Program-made: the position numbers and the translations under genes
Shown here: one piece after another, positions 62,061 through 64,000 of the stretch
Numbering within the stretch: position 1 is the first letter of the stretch
Layout of the letters: the number at the start of each line of letters is the position of its first letter
Assembly: GCA_013265495.1 (NCBI GenBank)
Contig: MU058009.1
Coordinates: forward strand, 2,234,001 to 2,298,000
Source of the DNA: Vicugna vicugna
Lineage: Eukaryota
Length of the DNA: 64,000 nucleotides
Reading direction: 5' to 3'
The notes under the pieces: generated by a model
Database searches by the model: none
What the model was told of the DNA's origin: nothing
Seen by the model: the letters and a program-made list of their open reading frames with translations, nothing else

Positions 62061-62262
62061 GGATGTGGTATTGATTTAAAAAGTGCACTGAGCCTTTAAA
62101 GGATGAAGCTGACTTTGCAGACTGGAGGTGACCTGTGGAGAATACTTTTTGCCAAACCTTGTGACTTCACTGCTGGGGAGGGATGGTTTAGGTGCCCCGT
62201 GAGTGGGAAAGTGGCAGGAAGGAGTTATTTCTTAGATCTGATGACTGTTTTTCTCCATGTAG

Positions 62263-62529
62263 GTTCTTAAAGGTGGACAGGAAGCACCCACAAAACCCAA
62301 AGGTCGTCCCAAAAAGAACTCCATCCCCACATCAGAAGAGATCGAAGCTGAGGAGAAGCTGAACAGCCAGGCCCAGAGCCAGGAGCCCAGGGAGCCCTCC
62401 CAGGGCCAGGAGGGGATCTGTGACACGCAGGAACCGAAAGCACGCGGTGTCCCCTTAGAAGTGGCCGAGCCCCCCAGCCAGCCCCAGGAGTTGCCGGTAG
62501 CCTCTTCAGAACCCCCACCATCAAGCTAA
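62263..62529 (+). CDS. BARX2: BARX2 coding exon 4 (Barx basic region, acidic/Pro-rich C-terminus, stop)
   Basis: Acceptor ctgtttttctccatgtAG|gtt. Translates VLKGGQEAPTKPKGRPKKNSIPTSEEIEAEEKLNSQAQSQEPREPSQGQEGICDTQEPKARGVPLEVAEPPSQPQELPVASSEPPPSS, then TAA at 62527-62529; 267 nt, in frame with exon 3. Confidence 0.97.
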   Translation, partial: VLKGGQEAPTKPKGRPKKNSIPTSEEIEAEEKLNSQAQSQEPREPSQGQEGICDTQEPKARGVPLEVAEPPSQPQELPVASSEPPPSS

Positions 62530-63052
62530 GATAAAGCTCCTTTTGGGGAGGGGGACTGGGAAGAAGGGAAAGAGAGAAGGCAGGGAGAACGGGGGGGAGG
62601 AAAGCTTCCGGGAGCTGGGTGGCCTGGGGGAGACGACACCGCCGGCTCCCGGCTTCCTCCCCACAGGTCTCTCCATGAGCATCTGGGGAAGACTTGCTCG
62701 CCTGAAAGGCGCTTTAGCCTCGGATGCCCCCGACTAAGGGAGACAGTGCCTTGGAACTGCCGGCCCCGGTTGGGGGGACGCCGCGGGGCTGCCGGGGTCC
62801 AAGCCCCCCAGCGCGGTGGAGGGTGCTGTCTGCTCTCCCCCTCCAGCCTCTGGGCAGCCGGTCGTCAAAGCGGAAAGAGACGGAGGCCTGGGCAGCACGC
62901 CCGGGTTCCTTGCTGACTCAGCACTTACTTCTGTCGTTTTCAAACAGAATTTAATGTTTTTGGTTGTTGTTGGCTTTTTTTTGGCAGTGGGAGGGTGGGG
63001 TTGGTGAGGGTGGGGAAATAGGATTTGGGGGAAGGGAGTTCTGAGTTAATAG

Positions 63053-63058
63053 AATAAA
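63053..63058 (+). terminator. Candidate proximal polyadenylation signal
   Basis: AATAAA followed by gtttgtttgtttg and a further tgcctttgt tract. Confidence 0.4.
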
Positions 63059-63221
63059 GTTTGTTTGTTTGAAGACACGCGTGCCTTTGTACCCATTATA
63101 AGATGGTCAGGTGACCCAAGAACTTGATAAACCTTGTTTTTCTTGCTTCATTAAGTTGCCATCCCTGAAGCTGCAATGCAGATACCTGCAATGTTAAGAT
63201 GACTTTTATTTTTTAATTAAA

Positions 63222-63227
63222 AATAAA
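63222..63227 (+). terminator. Polyadenylation signal (distal, probable main site)
   Basis: AATAAA with an upstream U-rich tract (ttttattttttaatt) and a downstream GU-rich tract at about 63244-63260. Confidence 0.75.
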
Positions 63228-64000
63228 TCTTTCAAAAGGACTGGGTGTGTTGTTTCTTCTGGGGAGAGTATTTAGCCCTTCTTGAATATGTCCTAAGGGA
63301 AGAGAGACCCAGAGATGGCCTAGCCCCCTGGGCTTTAATTTCCCGAGCAAGAACACTTACGACTGGGCCAGGCCACTGGCGTCCAAATACAGAGCAACCA
63401 AAGCAGCCCCAAGAGGCAGGGGAGCTGGGGCCCTGCTGGAGCGTCCAGCTTTAAAAGCTTCTTCAAAGAGGTGATAAAGCCATAGGCTTCAAAAATCAGG
63501 CTATATAAAAAGTCTTGCTTCCCTCCTGCCCCCTGTACCCAATCCCCTCATCCCCTGCAGGGAACCACCTTTATTGGGTTTTGTGGATTTTTCTGTATTA
63601 AGTAGCCATTAGGATGATGGCTGCAACTCTTAACAAAGGAGAATTTGAGAACTACTTGGCTACACGTGCTCTAGGATTCTGAACTTAAAATGATGTCCCA
63701 CTTTTAATAAGGCCAGGAAAGAGGTAGCTTCCAGACTTCTAAAATGAGAACTCTGACTCTGTTCTTGTTCCACTGTCCCACAGACCGGCCCAGAGGCTCC
63801 ATCCCACAGGGGGCTCTTTGTCACGGCTCCCCTGACATGTGCATTTGTGACGTCCACGGGGCAGGTGCCCATCTCGTGGGCTGCCAACTAGCAATTACAC
63901 AGGAACTCCCCAGTGTGGGCTTGGGAAATAGAAACTGACTTTAATAATGGCCTCACCTGGGAAGTCACACCTGTCCCTTGTTCTGCAGAACAAATCATAC

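Larger units (their letters stand above)
62530..63245 (+). other. BARX2: BARX2 3' UTR (3' end approximate)
   Basis: Follows the TAA; free of obvious repeats; ends at AATAAA 63222-63227 with a downstream GT-rich element (gggtgtgttgtttcttct). Confidence 0.75.

Overview
Mammalian genomic DNA, most likely a camelid (inferred from tRNA-Ala-derived SINEs of the Vic-1 type and the absence of recognisable Alu, Bov-tA/BovB, PRE-1 or Can-SINE). The window lies almost entirely inside the homeobox gene BARX2 on the + strand. Positions 1-50724 are the distal part of the very large intron 1; exon 1 with the start codon is upstream of the window. Coding exons 2 (50725-51022), 3 (54363-54447) and 4 (62263-62529, TAA) splice in frame with canonical GT-AG ends and encode an intact Bar-class homeodomain. 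A 3' UTR with two AATAAA signals (63053, 63222) follows. The rest is intron rich in interspersed repeats (lineage-specific SINEs and L1 3' ends, old L1M, L2, MIR, MER2, MER58, MER5, one ERV1-type solo LTR) plus one intronic CpG island. I found no evidence for a wholly new biological system, and nearly all ORFs in the supplied track look like chance ORFs. The best leads are: a duplicated, in-frame exon-2 splice donor that would insert 10 aa into homeodomain helix 2; an antisense solo LTR with intact TATA, 4 CCAAT and 2 octamer motifs; the intronic CpG island; and several DNA-repair/retrotransposition footprints. Repeat family names and human comparisons are from memory, not from database searches, and old-repeat boundaries are approximate.
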